A stretch of 64,000 nucleotides of DNA from NCBI GenBank assembly GCA_951406725.2, contig OX597818.1:102238001-102302000 (forward strand). Reading direction: 5' to 3'. Positions within the stretch are counted from its first letter, which is position 1; each line of letters starts with the position of its first letter. A program made the translations under genes and the position numbers. Shown here piece by piece: positions 40,163 to 54,283 of the stretch. The DNA comes from Octopus vulgaris. Taxonomy: Eukaryota. Below the pieces are notes generated by a model. The model saw only the letters and a program-made list of their open reading frames with translations. It was not told where the DNA came from and did not search any database.

Positions 40163-40657
40163 ACATACATACATACGTACATAATTACGTATGTAATGTA
40201 TCTTCTGTGAGTATATGCTTGTTTTGTGCCGCATGACTTTACACTAGTATCGTGGTAAACAGGTTTATGCATGACCTTATTTATACAAAGATAAAAATTC
40301 TATTCAAATACATAGCATATTACATGTGTAGAGTTAATGAAAAAAAATCTAACTTAATTTTACGTTATTTCATATTTCTATCAACAACGTTTGAATGCAT
40401 ATTCGTAATGGAAATTGAAACATTCTTTCGTCGCAAATGTGATATTGACAGGCGCACAGCGCATGACAACAGAACGTATGCATATTATTTTTTTAGTATT
40501 TTAGCTATTATAAAACTCGATGAAATTTTTTACTCATATACCAATTTTAAGTTTTCCGTGAAACGAGCATAAAAGCAATTATATATTAAATCATTAACAG
40601 TTGCATGTTTAATCATGTGTGCCTGCGCATATAAAAAATTTGTGTGTGTGAGTGTTT

Positions 40658-40712
<55 letters not shown>

Positions 40713-40879
40713 TATATTTTATATATATATATATATATTTATATACACACATATATATATATATATATGTATGTATGTGTAATGTAATAGTTTACAAAAA
40801 AAACATTGGTTTCATATCTAGCATGAACTTGACATCACTTCAGTGTATCAAGCAACGATAGTCTCAAACAGAAGCAGCA

Positions 40880-41230
40880 CAAATATCAGTAACATCAATG
40901 CCAACACTGGGACAGACACGAAAATTTATGTCGGATCCAAATTTATGTGAATCCTAATTCAAAATTTGTCTGATCAACCACAGATCTTCTTTAGGGTCCC
41001 GGAGAGACGCAACGCAACAACACTCGAATCATACGTATGGCGCCTAAAGGCGGAATACATTGGAAACTTTTGGACACTATCGCAATGGAACAAGACTGTG
41101 TAAATTGTGTGTAGTAGAAAGATGTATTTTCCTCATGAACTCATATGAGCCAAGAGGCTACATGAACTCCTCGACCGAAGCTGCGGTGAGTAGTCCAATT
41201 TTCGAAAACCTAGCTATCAAGCGAAGGATG
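40880..41230 (+). pseudogene. Fossil GIY-YIG endonuclease of a different PLE group
   Basis: Frameshifted pieces TKIYVGS; NHRSS; RRNATTLESYVWRLK; YRNGTRLCKLCVVERCI; MNSSTE. Confidence 0.55.
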
Positions 41231-41487
41231 AAAAGTCGGCTGGCCGTAATTTTTAAAGAGGAATATTGCTTGAACTATCAATATTGCTTGAACGGCGGTC
41301 TTGTGTTTATAAAACAATACATTCTTTCTATAGAACATTCATCTTTTAGAGAAACTGAGATGTCTAGTTTACGCTAGATAAGAACCAATGGCTTTTTTTC
41401 TAAACTATTACGTTACACATAAGAAATAAACAACTGGTCTATATTTTATATGGTATGCTCTTTCCCTGAATTGTGATATTGTAACGA

Positions 41488-41533
<46 letters not shown>

Positions 41534-41788
41534 CAAAATGGGACTAAACGCAAAACATCCGGAGAGTTAAGTGATACAAAAATGTGACAGCAAAACATAC
41601 AGATAGACGATACAAAGAAAACAAGGACGGGGCATCCGAAATTTTCTTTCCTCAGTAAAATACCAGATTATCTTCGCAATTTCCTCCCCAACAGAAATTA
41701 AATAGCCACGGGTATGGATTGCTGGGTTAATGACCGCAATATATTTAGCCGCGTTCGACTATTACAGATTTATTTAATTCCTGTATTC

Positions 41789-42010
41789 TTGTATTTAGGA
41801 ATGGTCATTTTGCCAGCTTAGCCAATAAAAACACACGCACTATATATTTGGTGTTACTTTGCTTCAGCGTTATTTATTTCTTACATTAATCTTAATCTTA
41901 TTTCGGCCAGTTATTTCGTCACACATCAGTGACCTCATCAGTAACACCAAATTTTATAGTGCGTGTGTTTTTATTGGCTAAACTGGCAAAATGACCATTC
42001 CTAAATACAA
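41789..42010. repeat. 70-bp inverted repeat enclosing a hammerhead-like core
   Basis: 41789-41858 vs 41940-42010 with about 2 mismatches; minus-strand spacer starts CTGATGA G GTCAC-TGATGT-GTGAC GAAA. Confidence 0.85.
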
Positions 42011-42109
42011 TATGTTTTAACACCCGATTTCACATCAAAAATTTTGCAAAACAAATATATTTAATTCCTATCTTCCTTCATTTAATTACATAAACAAAGA
42101 TAAACGTAT

Positions 42110-42268
42110 AAATATTAGTTTCAAATTTTGACCCCAGATCATCATATAGACTCAAAGGATAGGAAGTGGAGTCGACCTCAGCGGAATAATTAATCTACGC
42201 ATAAAATCGGACGAAATGCTGCAAAGCAGTTTGAGTGGCGTACTGATGAGACACGCAGATCACCACCT
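42110..42268 (-). mobile_element. Degenerate family B SINE
   Basis: GTCGACCTCAGCGGAAT..GACGAAATGCTGCAAAGCA is the reverse complement of the family B head and core. Confidence 0.6.
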
Positions 42269-42734
42269 TATGAATGTATGAATATTAAGTGTATAGATTT
42301 TCAAATATTTATAAGTAAAATAGAAACATATACATGTTACGGGAAACGTAACGCATTCTAGAATTTTGCCAGATTAAGCATTCTAACTGGAAGTTATTGG
42401 ATACCAAGTCAACGAATCTTCGAATTGACTCACTAGCACGCCATTAGTAATGTTATTATTTAAAATCACTCTTCATATGTATTCAATGGTTGTATATATA
42501 TATATATAATTTTAAAATAGGAGAAAATCTTTATAAGAATTTATCAAGTAGTTAGCTTAAAAAACCTCATAAGGGAAAAAAAAAATTATTCCCTATGAAT
42601 ATAATGAATATATTTATATGAAGTGCATTTATGTATAGTAATGCCCTTAATATATATATATATATATTCAACCAGTGATTAAATACATACATACACACAT
42701 ACAACATGCATACATACATACATACATACATACA

Positions 42735-42770
<36 letters not shown>

Positions 42771-43543
42771 TAAATATATAATATGTATATATGTGTGTGT
42801 GTGTGTGTGTGTGTATACATACAAATATAATAGTACATATGTGCTGTAGATGAAATGTAAAACGTATGACGATTCTTATGACGTAAGTTTTGTCATATTC
42901 GTGCAACATAAATTTAAATTTGCCGATCAAATATGTATTTCTCTCTACATATATACATGCATTTGAATGTGCGAGCATATACGTGTATATACATACCGAA
43001 TCGTAACTCAACACACACATACACTCACAAGTGAACACGCACAACCGCATATCTACATCCGCAAACACACACACACATGCAAAAGCACACACACTATCCA
43101 CACACCAATACATATGCATACTGAATGCAATCGCACATATATATATTCTTGGTTTTTGTTTTATACGTAGCTATAGAAAGGGATATTTAGCTGCATAACC
43201 AGCATGCAAGCCAACATATATATAACTGTATGCATATAAAGTTACAGCTATAAGCATCCGAATATATATTCTAACATTCATTCATACACATGAATTATGA
43301 TACTTTGTAGAGAATAACATTAATTTTCTTAAGTGCTTCACGTGATTTTATATTTCATAAATATTTCTGTAGGATTCTTTTTATTCTCTGATTTTTAATA
43401 CAGATTATTGTATTTAGTTACTTTAAAACATTTTCTTTAAAAGATGAGTTTTTGGCGTGCTGAATGGTATTTCGAATGGTGGCTAATTGCATGCGTTTGT
43501 AGCAATGTTAAATTTTGGTTAATTACTGATAAATGGATTAACA

Positions 43544-43631
<88 letters not shown>

Positions 43632-43752
43632 CATACGTACATATATATATATATATATGTGTGTGTATAATGGAGAGAGAGGGAGAGAGAGAAAGTGAGA
43701 GGAATATATATATGTCTATCCCTCTCTCTCTTTCTCTCTCTCTCACTCTCTT

Positions 43753-43794
<42 letters not shown>

Positions 43795-43935
43795 TATATA
43801 TATGCTTATTTCTTTATGTAACATATATATTCATACAAATGCGTGTGAGTTTGTGTGTGTATATTATATATATATGCACATACTATGCTTAGGATCTATA
43901 CAAACATGTGTTCTGCTATTGTATATATATATGAT

Positions 43936-43976
<41 letters not shown>

Positions 43977-44500
43977 CGTGTATATATACGTATACACACA
44001 CACACACGTATATATTTACGTAAAATATGTCCATGTGTGTTTGTGTGTATGCGAGCGCGCGCGAGTTTTCGTGGGTGTGTGTATTAGTGTGGATTCAATA
44101 AATTTTCATTCGAACTTTTATTTTTATGCAGATGCTGCATTAGCAGGAATCCGCATTTTAATCAGCATATTCGAATACATTTACGAATCTGTATTCTTAA
44201 GCGCACATTTATGTAGTCTGCTGTTCGGAAGCATGTTCTCCTAGGTTGACGTACGAATAACGAAACTGATATATTTGCTGTACTTTCTGTTAAACCATCC
44301 ATAGGGTTTCTTATCCTTATCAACGATTGTTAAATATTCTGTGTATAATTGCGCAACTACTTTGATTCGTTATGTCTTAGAATGCCAGGGTCAAGTAATT
44401 GATAATGCCAATAATCCAGGAGCGAGCGTCTCACACTCTTGAATTGTATAGGTATCAAACTTTTGCTGGAATGTTGACTTGTGCATATATACATACATAT

Positions 44501-45367
44501 GGGCCCTTATTGTTCTTAGTCTTCATAAATGACTTGCCCGACGACCTCACGCAACACACCCTTCTATTTGCCGACGATATCAAACTGGTCGCTCCTCGCG
44601 GTGATATAGAGGATCTTCGTCGATGCCTCCACCAAATTTGGAAGTGGTCTAACGAATGGGACCTGTGTCTGAACGTGTCAAAGTGCTGTCATCTGCCTGT
44701 TGGCTCTCCTCCTGCAACTCAACTTGATTTCGAGCCGGGTCGTCTGCTGCTGGAGAGGACCGATCAGGTAAAGGACCTGCGTATCTTGGTGGATTCCTCC
44801 TTTTCGCCTTCGGCCCAGTGCGTCCATGCTGCCAACAAAGCACGCGGAATTCTGTTCTTGATTTGACGGTCATTCGGAATGATCACAGCAGCCATATTCC
44901 TACCATTCTATGTCACGCTGGTGAGACCCATATTGGAGTACGGGATTCAAGCCTCTTCTCCTTATCTCCTCAAAGACATACATCATCTCGAAAGAGTCCA
45001 GAAGCTGGCTACCCGCATGGTTCATGGTCTCAAAAATTTGTCCTATGAAGAAAGGCTGAGGACGCTCGACCTTTGTTCTCTTGAAAAACGCCGCCGCCGT
45101 GGTGATCTCATTCTCGCCCACAACAGCATAAGCGGAAAGTGTAACCTCTCGAAAGAGCTGTTCTTCACTCCTGCTCCAGAGCGTCGGCTGCGGCGTCATT
45201 CCGAAAAGCTCTACCTGCGACGATTTCATCTCAATCGAAGGAGAGGAGCTTTCTCCGTCCGGGTTGCGGATCCGTGGAACAAGCTGCCAGACGAGATGGT
45301 GAAGATGCCGACGACCGCTTTGTTCAAAGCCTCCCTTGACTTCAAGTGGCCTGAACTCTTTACATGA
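44501..45367 (+). pseudogene. CR1 RT C-terminal half with one in-frame TGA (probable CGA>TGA) at 44864
   Basis: GPLLFLVFINDLP..LFADDIKL; LVRPILEY; LERVQKLATRMV.GL.NLSYEERL..L.SLEKRRRRGDLI; WNKLP..FKASLD. Confidence 0.9.
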
Positions 45368-45431
45368 ACACCACCCTGTACTTAACTCCATGTCCCCCTA
45401 CATGGCCTTGCTATTTGCTTTTGAGCCAAAT

Positions 45432-45469
<38 letters not shown>
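44502..45469 (+). mobile_element. 5'-truncated CR1 LINE with (AACT)n tail and a probable ACATATG target duplication
   Basis: ACATATG at 44495-44501 and 45470-45476; (AACT)n at 45433-45470. Confidence 0.9.
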
Positions 45470-45471
<2 letters not shown>

Positions 45472-45524
45472 ATATGCAGTGAATATATACATACAATATA
45501 ATGCATATATACATACATAGAGAT

Positions 45525-45750
45525 GTATGTGAGCAAGCTGAAAACTTCCTAGCGTCGGTTAAAAGAAAATACAGGAGGATGAATTAGTTCTGGTTTTCTT
45601 CATAATATTTCCACCTCAGATTCAGAATGTTCTTGAAGTGATCCTTTAGTATTTTTTAAAGCCTTTTATTAGAAGAAGGAACTTTGAGCCCCAATAAGGC
45701 TTTTCTCGACTTCCTCAACGGCAAGAATTTTTCAGCATTTCTTTATATAA
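45525..45750. mobile_element. Possible mariner-derived MITE
   Basis: Imperfect terminal inverted repeats GCTGAAAACTTCCTAGC / GGCAAGAATTTTTCAGC in TA-rich context. Confidence 0.4.
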
Positions 45751-45841
45751 TATTTTATACATACATACAAACATACATACATGCATAGATGCATACATAC
45801 ATAAATACATATATACATACATACATACATACATACATACA

Positions 45842-45873
<32 letters not shown>

Positions 45874-45988
45874 CATACATAGATAGAAACACTTATCGAA
45901 ACCTATCTATATTATATATAGTTGTATCTATATGTCTGTGTGTCTGTATCTCTGTCTATCTAACTATATATCTACCCGTGTCTAAATA

Positions 45989-46022
<34 letters not shown>

Positions 46023-46032
46023 ACGAAGTTGT

Positions 46033-46283
46033 GGAGACGCGTAGCTTAGTGGTTAGTGTGTCAGCATCCTGATCGTAAGATTGTGGTTTCGATTACTGGA
46101 CAGTGCGACGCTTTGTGTTCTTGAGCAAAGCACTTCCTTTCACGTTGCTCCAGAACACTCAGCTGGCAAAAGTGAGTAACGCTGTGATGTACTTACGCCC
46201 CAGCCAGCTGGGGAATACATGCGCCATGGAAACCGGGAAACCGGGCCCATGAGCCTGAGTAGGCTTTAAAAGGGCGCATTTAT
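46033..46283 (+). mobile_element. SINE family C
   Basis: GTAGCTTAGTGGTTAG..GGTTTCGATT..TTGAGCAAAGCACTT..GGAAACCGGGAAACCGGGCCCATGAGCC. Confidence 0.8.
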
Positions 46284-47299
46284 TTATATTTTATATAATG
46301 ACAGAATATAGGTTCAGGTAACAAGTCACTCATGTTATCAAGTTATCTGTCTGTCATTGAATTTTGATATTACTGCTGAAGATGCTGAACTCTTCTGTGT
46401 TGTGTGAAAGATTTACTATCTTTTAATATTCAGTTTACATATAAACACACACACACTCACACACATATATATGCACATGTGTGTGTGCCTGTGTGTGTGT
46501 TTGTGCGTACGTGTTTGTGTTTGTGTGTGTTTGCGTATGTGTTTGTGTGTTCGTATGTGCCTATGTATTTTTATGTTAGTTCATTCTGTCTAATCATGTT
46601 TGTAACTCATTCAAGTTCGTTTGGTTTTGCAATGTAATTTTAGATTTTCATTAAATATTTTGAGCGCTACTCAAATATGGCAGCGATGCAGTAACATACA
46701 TGTTGAAATGTGAATTTTTACGTACATGCATGTTTACGTTGTAAGCGATATAACCACAACCATATTCATTGTGTACGCGTATGCTGTTACATAGAGAGGA
46801 AGAGAGAATGGGGAGAGCGCGAGAGAGATATCGCATAAGGGATAGAGAAATTGGGCCATGTTGGACAGATTTAATTACCCGATGTTATTCCCGTTTCATT
46901 TCTTTAAAATATATGTAACTTTAGATAACCCAACTAGTATAAATCTTCAGAGGTTTTAATTTTGTTTATCATTTTATGACAGAATTTACATATTGATATA
47001 ATTGGCATTTCAGTATCATTAGATGTCGGCATTCATTATTTACTTTGATCCATTAATTACTGATGGTAAATATACGAGAATCCAAGAAAACTATCATTTT
47101 ATTTTTTTAACCTTAATTTACTTTGAAGGATGAATCAATTTCATTACATGCTTCTTTTAGAGATATTTGCAATTGCAAGGTGTCGTAGGTAAATATAAAG
47201 AAATTAATTAAACTGATACCAAAAATTTCCCGATCTTAAGGCACGATGTTACTACATAATGGAGACATGAAATCAATATATAAGCGCGCAACAATCGCA

Positions 47300-47698
47300 C
47301 ATACATATTATATACATACCCATCCCCACATTTTCCCACCTACACATACATACACACACACGTCCAGACCAACCAGCCCTCTTCCACACGCACACACATA
47401 ATCTCTTATACATACGTACCTTCGTGTTGGGGGTCATCTTTATTTTGTTATCTCCCCCTGCTTCTTCCCTCTCGTGTGTGACCCTTCTGGCTTGCAGTCG
47501 CCATGCTAGATCGTTAGGCACTACACACATTTTTTTCTCTCCTCGTTTATCTCCTGGTTTTGTCAGTGTTCCTTTCTGTAGAAGAGAGTAGACTCTAAAC
47601 GTAAAAGACTTTTTCTCTTCCTGAGCGTTATACTAATACACCTGTTTGCTTTGTACACCACCTGTCTCCTTCGTCTTTTGTTTCTTTTCGTAAACTCT

Positions 47699-47702
<4 letters not shown>
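47300..47702 (+). mobile_element. PLE 3' UTR/terminus remnant (family of 25059-26840) with decayed HHR at 47572-47607
   Basis: CACGTCCAGACC, GCCATGCTAGATCGTTAG, CTTT CTGTAGA A GAGA-GTAG-ACTC TAAA CG TA AAAG, CTGAGCG.TATACTAATACA; ends in (TA)n. Confidence 0.75.
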
Positions 47703-47749
<47 letters not shown>

Positions 47750-47779
47750 TACAATATACACGCACATATATATATACAA

Positions 47780-47861
<82 letters not shown>

Positions 47862-48052
47862 TTACTTTACCAAGAGTTATTTTAATATTTACAGTTTAAA
47901 ATACCAACTGTATTCTACAATGTCTATTAAATTATATTCTTCAGTGTTTGTAAGCGTAATACTACGCTTGTTACATATATATAAATATATATATTCCATA
48001 GATAAGAATTTTTTCCGTAGAATTACATATTTCGTAAATCATGTTTGTGATA

Positions 48053-48927
48053 TACGAAGTATTACCAAAAATTTACCGATCTAGTTCTGTACCACGTCAA
48101 TAGATAGGAACGATTTACTGCGTGTGTAGCGGGATTTAACACTGACTTTCGTGGTACAGTGTGGCGAATGATATCGCTGCGTTTGTTCTTTGCATGTTAG
48201 GACATTTTTGTCTTTGAGACCGCATGTATGCTGTATTCTGCGATTTTGTCATGGACAGGAACAAAATACCAACGTGAAATTTTGCGTTAAATATGGGACG
48301 TCTGCCACTGAGACATTAATTGTGCTTCGCCAAGATTACGGTAACGAGGCAATAAGTCGACCGCAATGTTTCGCGTGCCACAGGTGCTTCAAATGCGGAA
48401 TAACGTTCCTCGAAAACGATGAACGAGCTGAAAGAACTGCAACGGACGTTATTCCCGGAAATTTGGTATTGTGCAATTTGTCCTCTAGGGACACACCGTC
48501 AATAGAGAGTTTTACTGTGATGTTTTACAACATTTAAGGGAGGACAATTGGCAACAGTAACCCGATCTGCGGAACGCGAAGAATTGGATTCTTTACAACA
48601 AGGCATCTTCTAACCTATCTCTCCTCGCTCGTGATTTTCTCGCCAAAAGTAGTATGGTGTCCCTTCCGCATCTGCCTTATTCGCCATGTTAAACACATTC
48701 AGACTACCTTCTTGTCAACCAGATGAAAATGCAGCTCAAAGATCGCCGCATTAAATTGGCAAACACAAAACGGCTTTCAGGCTGGATTTCAAAAGGGACA
48801 GGTATTCTGGGACCGGTGTGTTGTTGCGCAAGATAACTATTTCGAAGGAGATGATTTCCAAACTTAGATAAATAAGTTAATTTTTATTAAAACAACTAGT
48901 TCGGTAACGTTTAGATACCAACTTGTA
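48053..48927 (+). mobile_element. Internally deleted, degenerate mariner transposon
   Basis: EQNTNVKFCVKYGTSATETL..YGNEAISRPQCF..ENDER (HTH); FYCDVL; PHLPYSP; WDRCVVAQDNYFEGD. Imperfect TIRs sharing TTACCGA.CTAGTT, flanked by TA. Confidence 0.85.
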
Positions 48928-49035
48928 TATAGTTTTGAACGAGTATTTGGTAACGACAATGAATCTATCTTCAAAATGTGAAATGTAAAATAATATTCTT
49001 CGGTATATAATTACAACACACACTTTATTCTAGAC

Positions 49036-49230
49036 CAGTGGTTTCCAAACTTTTTTAGAGTCGCGACTCCCTATTTATCACACCAGTTTGACGGTCCACT
49101 TAACTCTACTGAGTATCTCGATAGACAGCAGTTAATCAAAGCTAATGCGTAATTTTATAACATTTTGCGACACACTAAGATTCCGTTCGCGACCCATTGT
49201 GGGTCGGAACTCATAGTTTGGGAACCACTG
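49036..49230. mobile_element. hAT (Charlie/Buster-type) MITE
   Basis: TIRs CAGTGGTTTCCAAACT / AGTTTGGGAACCACTG; 8-bp TSD TTCTAGAC/TTCTAAAC fits the NTCTAGAN target. Confidence 0.9.
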
Positions 49231-51155
49231 TTCTAAACTGGTCTGACATTTAATTACGCTCTTACAATTCTTTCCGCTTTCACCAGTTGCATAGATCCGA
49301 GTAGAATCTTTATGACATCTTTATAACGCGGAGAGTAAAAGCAGTAAGTATAGGAGCCTGACATCTTTATATCACTTAGTGCTGGTGGCCGTTGAGACGT
49401 CACATTTTGTAGGAACCGTACTACCGATTTCCTCCGCTCACTAAGGATAGTGGTGGCCTTTCAAATAAAGGTTCCTAGGAAGGTGGAGTGGTTACTGCAA
49501 CTAGAGTCGTTAGCCAGTCTCTATGGCAACGCCACCACTGTCGTTACCTTTGGAGCGACCGAGCGCCCCTCATGTTCTGGGTTATGTAGCCCACCTCTCC
49601 TCTGATACTGTCATCCGTTGCTTTGCTCCCATTCTTCACCATTTGTATCTTCTTTATTTTTATCTTGTTAAAATACATAATTTACATCTCAGTTCGTGAA
49701 TTGCAATTTTATATCTTTATGATGGAAATTAAGAATTTATATGTATGTTGGGATATTTTCAGCGGAATGAATAAAATACCATGTATTAGATATGTAATAA
49801 TAAGTGGCTCTTCAGACAATTGCTCCAAGCAAGGATTTCTGCTCGAAAACATTATAATATTCGATATTTCGTTTTGCGTATAGAGGATGCAATGTCTTAT
49901 TCTGTTTTGCAAAACATACATTTCCACGAAATTTAGAATCTTTTTCATGCAGTTAAACTTGCCAATGATATTCATTCTCATTGCTTTTTCTTCATATTAT
50001 GCTATTCATCCGATTATCTGCAAAATATACTTATTTATTCCTTACATCTTTTCCTTTGTACTTCCTTGAATTTCAGACATGTTAAATAAATTTTCACTTT
50101 GTGGACAAAAAGTTTCTTACAATTTACAATGCTTGAGAATGTTTATTGTAAGTGACGTTTGAAAAATTATTTTCGGAAATGTCAGCCTGATTTTTCGGGA
50201 AATCCAAAGTAACAATTTTGTTTATATATCTGATATCCAAGAATGTCAAGAAAATAGACATTTCACACAAATTACACATTGCTTTTGAAGCTCTTTGTTT
50301 TATTATACCAGTGGCTCTCTAGGCTCTTAGCACATAAACTTTAAAATGCAAAATGTAACCAAAATGTCAATAAATAACGATAAAGGTAACTCTAAGATTT
50401 AATAACAATATAGTGTTCTTTCCTTGGCGCAATATAAAACATATATGCTAAGAATATACAGTCTATTAATGATACTATTATACTTCATCTAAATTGATTA
50501 AAATAGCTGCAGAAACAATTACACACACATGTTAAATGAAATGAAGCGGCACAGGTAGAAACTTTTAATACAAATCACAGGATATATCCCTCCAGATCCC
50601 TGTCTATTCGACAATTTTAATTTATGCAAATGAATCGTTACCTAGTACTTCATTGATATTTTTACTATTAACTGAGTACACGGGTCAAAAGAATAGTGAA
50701 AGTGCGACGAATCTTTGGTCACCATCAACAATTCTACAAACATTACGCTATGAAAAGGGTGTTGTGAAGATGAATATATTTGAACTTTTCCACGGATTTT
50801 AATATAAATTTTCTATCATAATAACTGCTTCCGTTGTGGTAGCAACGTGACTTCAGGAATATAATGAAGCTAATAAAATATACAAAGGTAAGCGGGCAAT
50901 GTGCATTAATCAATCGGCTCGGATAAAAGGAATGGCATTGAATTTAATGAGAACCCCACGAACATCACCATAATCAAAATGAATAAGCATGATTCATTAA
51001 AATTTTCTACGAAGAGTCAACGAAAATTCTTGTATACAAAATTGGTCCATCAATTTATTATATATCGCAAAAGGTTATAATAGAATCAAACAAACGTAAT
51101 ACGTACCATAATTCTCTATCAAAGGTATTGAAATATATATGAGAAATTAAACTAT

Positions 51156-51593
51156 AGATGCAGGAGTGGCTGTGTGGTAAGTAGCTTGCTTACCAAACAC
51201 ACGGTTCTGGGTTCATTCACACTGAATGGCACATTGGGCAAGTGTCTTCTACTATAGCCTTGGGCCGACCAAACCTTGTGAGTGGATTTGGTAGATAGAA
51301 ACTGAAATAAGCATGTCGTATATGTGTGTGAGCATATATATATATATACATATATGATATGTATGTGTATATGTTTGTGTGTCTGTATTTGCGCCACCCC
51401 CCCAACATCGCTTGAAAACCGATGGTGGTGTGTTTATTTCCCCATAATCTGGGGCTTCGGCAAAAAGAGACCGATAGAATAAGTGCTATGCTTCCAAAGA
51501 ATAAGCCCTGGGCTCGATTTGCTCGACCTAAGGCGATTCTCCAGCATGGCCGCAGTGAAATGACTGTAACAAGTAAAAGAGAGTAAAGAGAGT
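51156..51593 (+). mobile_element. SINE family A, full length
   Basis: GCAGGAGTGGCTGTGTGGTAAG..TGGGCAAGTGTCTT..GCATGGCCGCAG..GTAAAAGAG. Confidence 0.85.
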
Positions 51594-52230
51594 ATAGTAT
51601 GTCTTTATGTATAGTATGTCTTTATGTATAGTATGTTATTTACGCCCTGCTCAGTTATATTGTATGTGCTGACAAGCATATAGTGTGCTACTTACAGATT
51701 ATACTAGATTCCACCTACCCTAAATATTAAATATCGCAGTAAAATCTCAATAATCGTCTCTGATCAGCAATCTTCTGCATCCCTACTGCCTCTTCGTTCT
51801 TTTTTACAGAACAATTATTCTGTGTTTTGCGCGCGCTTTTGAGAGTGGAGTGGGTTAATGCATTTCTGCGTTAATGCAGTCCATCAATTATTTTTCCGCA
51901 AATATTTTTCTTTTTTTTTACGTTTTCATACTTCATTGGTCTTATCACTTTCTACGCAAGTGACATCCTAGGTTCTTGAACGTTGCTGATTGACCTGCGA
52001 GAAATATTCGCCATATCACCATCATACCACGCCTAAATTCTTCAAAACATACTGGTTTGATAACGTGATTTTAACTGCTCTGAACACGAAAAACGATAAA
52101 AAAAAAGAACCAAACAAACAACCAAGGTTGTCACTGTTACATTAAATTCCTCCCTCGTCTTTAAGTTTATAGTTGAGCGGGAGCCAAATAAACCAACCGC
52201 AAAAACCAATGACCACTAACCGTTCATTTT

Positions 52231-52350
52231 ACTTCACATCGTATTTCTTCTGACACTTTTACTACCTTATATTCAACGTGTTCACAGATTTTCACAAAAA
52301 ATTCTTATATTACGATTACTGCATCAACACTGGTACGTACATCGGATATG

Positions 52351-52420
<70 letters not shown>

Positions 52421-52941
52421 ATATATAACGACCAATATCACACTAATTCTGAGTGAGATTTGTCTCTTGTTAGAAAAAAAAGCATGAATATGAGATTCTT
52501 CAACTCCTTCGGTTATTCAAGTGAACATATCTTCCACAATATGTTTCGTATATTAATTTATGTCGAAGCAGAGGCAGCCAGTCTTCAAGAGATTTGCATC
52601 TTGCTTTTCACACCACTTCACATCGTATTTCTTCTGACTCTTCTACTACCTTATATTCATCGTGTTTACAGATTTTCCATTAAAAAAAAAATTATATTAC
52701 GATTACTGCATCAATGCCACTACGTAAATCGCATATGTAATATATGTAGCGACCAATATCACAATACTTCTGAGTGAGCTTCCTCTCTTGTTAGAAAAAA
52801 AAGCAAGAGCATAAGATCATTCTACTCCTTCGGTTATTCAACTGAACATATCTTCAACAATCATTTTTTTTTTGTATATTAATTTATGTCAAAGCAGACA
52901 GCAGCAAGTCTTCAAGGGATTTGCATCTCGGCTTTAACACC
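52231..52941 (+). repeat. Tandem duplication of a ~330-bp unique segment (52231-52614, 52615-52941)
   Basis: ACTTCACATCGTATTTCTTCTGAC..GACCAATATCAC..CTCCTTCGGTTATTCAA..GATTTGCATCT occurs twice. Confidence 0.9.
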
Positions 52942-54283
52942 ACAAATGAAGAGAAGAAAATAAGAATTATTATTATTATTGATTTTTTCTTTTATAATTC
53001 CATCCTTAATATATGAATACATGCCTGTCTGAAAATTGACTCATTGCGAGGTATAACAAGAAAATTTCAATAAACAACACAGATGTATCCCAGATGTGAA
53101 AGTATGTAGCTTAAGAGGTACAACTGTGTGTTCGTGACCACAAGGTTGAATAGACAGCACAGTTTGTGCTGGATTATTGTATTTTATATCATGATGATGT
53201 CGCCTACAGAGCTGAAGTTAAAAACCTGCAGAAGCCTGGTCAAACCGCTTTTCTCACCAGTGAACATACTAAGATATTCCAAGGGCATATTTTGGAATAT
53301 CGTGTTTCTTTGTCTCTTACTGGCAACATAGCTCCTCGAAGCAACAAGGAATACATAGTGCAAGCTGTCCTGTCCCACCCGCTTGAATATGAGAGCTTAG
53401 ATTTCATATCTATAAATATTAAAAAAAAGAAACAAAATGTAATTTTACATAATTCCCATAGAGATATCACTACAACGACAGGATGGCCGAAGATGGAACG
53501 CCTCTTTTAATAGCGTGTACTCAGGCTGGCTGATATTTTGAGGCACAGCAGCAACGACTAGAAGAATCACAACAAAAACATAGCTGATTTCCATAAGCAA
53601 AGAGGTGCTTAAGTACTTGCAAGAAATATATTACTGTACAACCTGAAAAGCTATGAATACAAATTCTCACATGCAGCAAACGTCTAGTGTCATGACACTT
53701 ACATAAATCAAGCAAAAGTGATTTGGCGTTTGACAAAAATGGAACTTACAAATCAACCAAATCTTCGACCTCGACATGAAAGAGGAAGGAAATCATTATC
53801 AAGACACCGACTTTCTAACAGTAAGGCTAACATACCACATTTATTTTGTTCGGCAAACAAGGTTAAGATAAAGCTGTAAAACACAACCTGGTATATACAA
53901 CTTGTAAATTATTGACGTCCGTATATATCCATCCATGTTAACAAACCCGATTATATAGGCTGTTCTAAGACGAAGCTGCTAGTGTTAAAAACAATGTCCA
54001 GTCATTCCTTTGTTAACACTCCTTCGTCGCAAGTAGGGAGAATTACATAAGCTGTTAGTCCTCAATAAGCAGACAAAAAGTTTTAGTGACTACTCGAATG
54101 AGAAATTGTAGGGGAATATTCAGTGTTGCACTGGTCTGCATTCTTAATGAAAATCTATTTAATGTGAAGCTCAATAAAAGGGAATCGTCATTCAAATGAT
54201 GATTAAAAATTAATAATGTAGTTATAAGTTCCTAAATACTTCTGGACTCATAAAAATTCAAGTCAAAATAATATAAAATTTAG

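Noticed and set aside
53200-53620. Ancient RTE fragment
   Set aside because: Only a faint resemblance (VQAVLSHPLEYES; RMAEDGTP); too decayed to support by eye.
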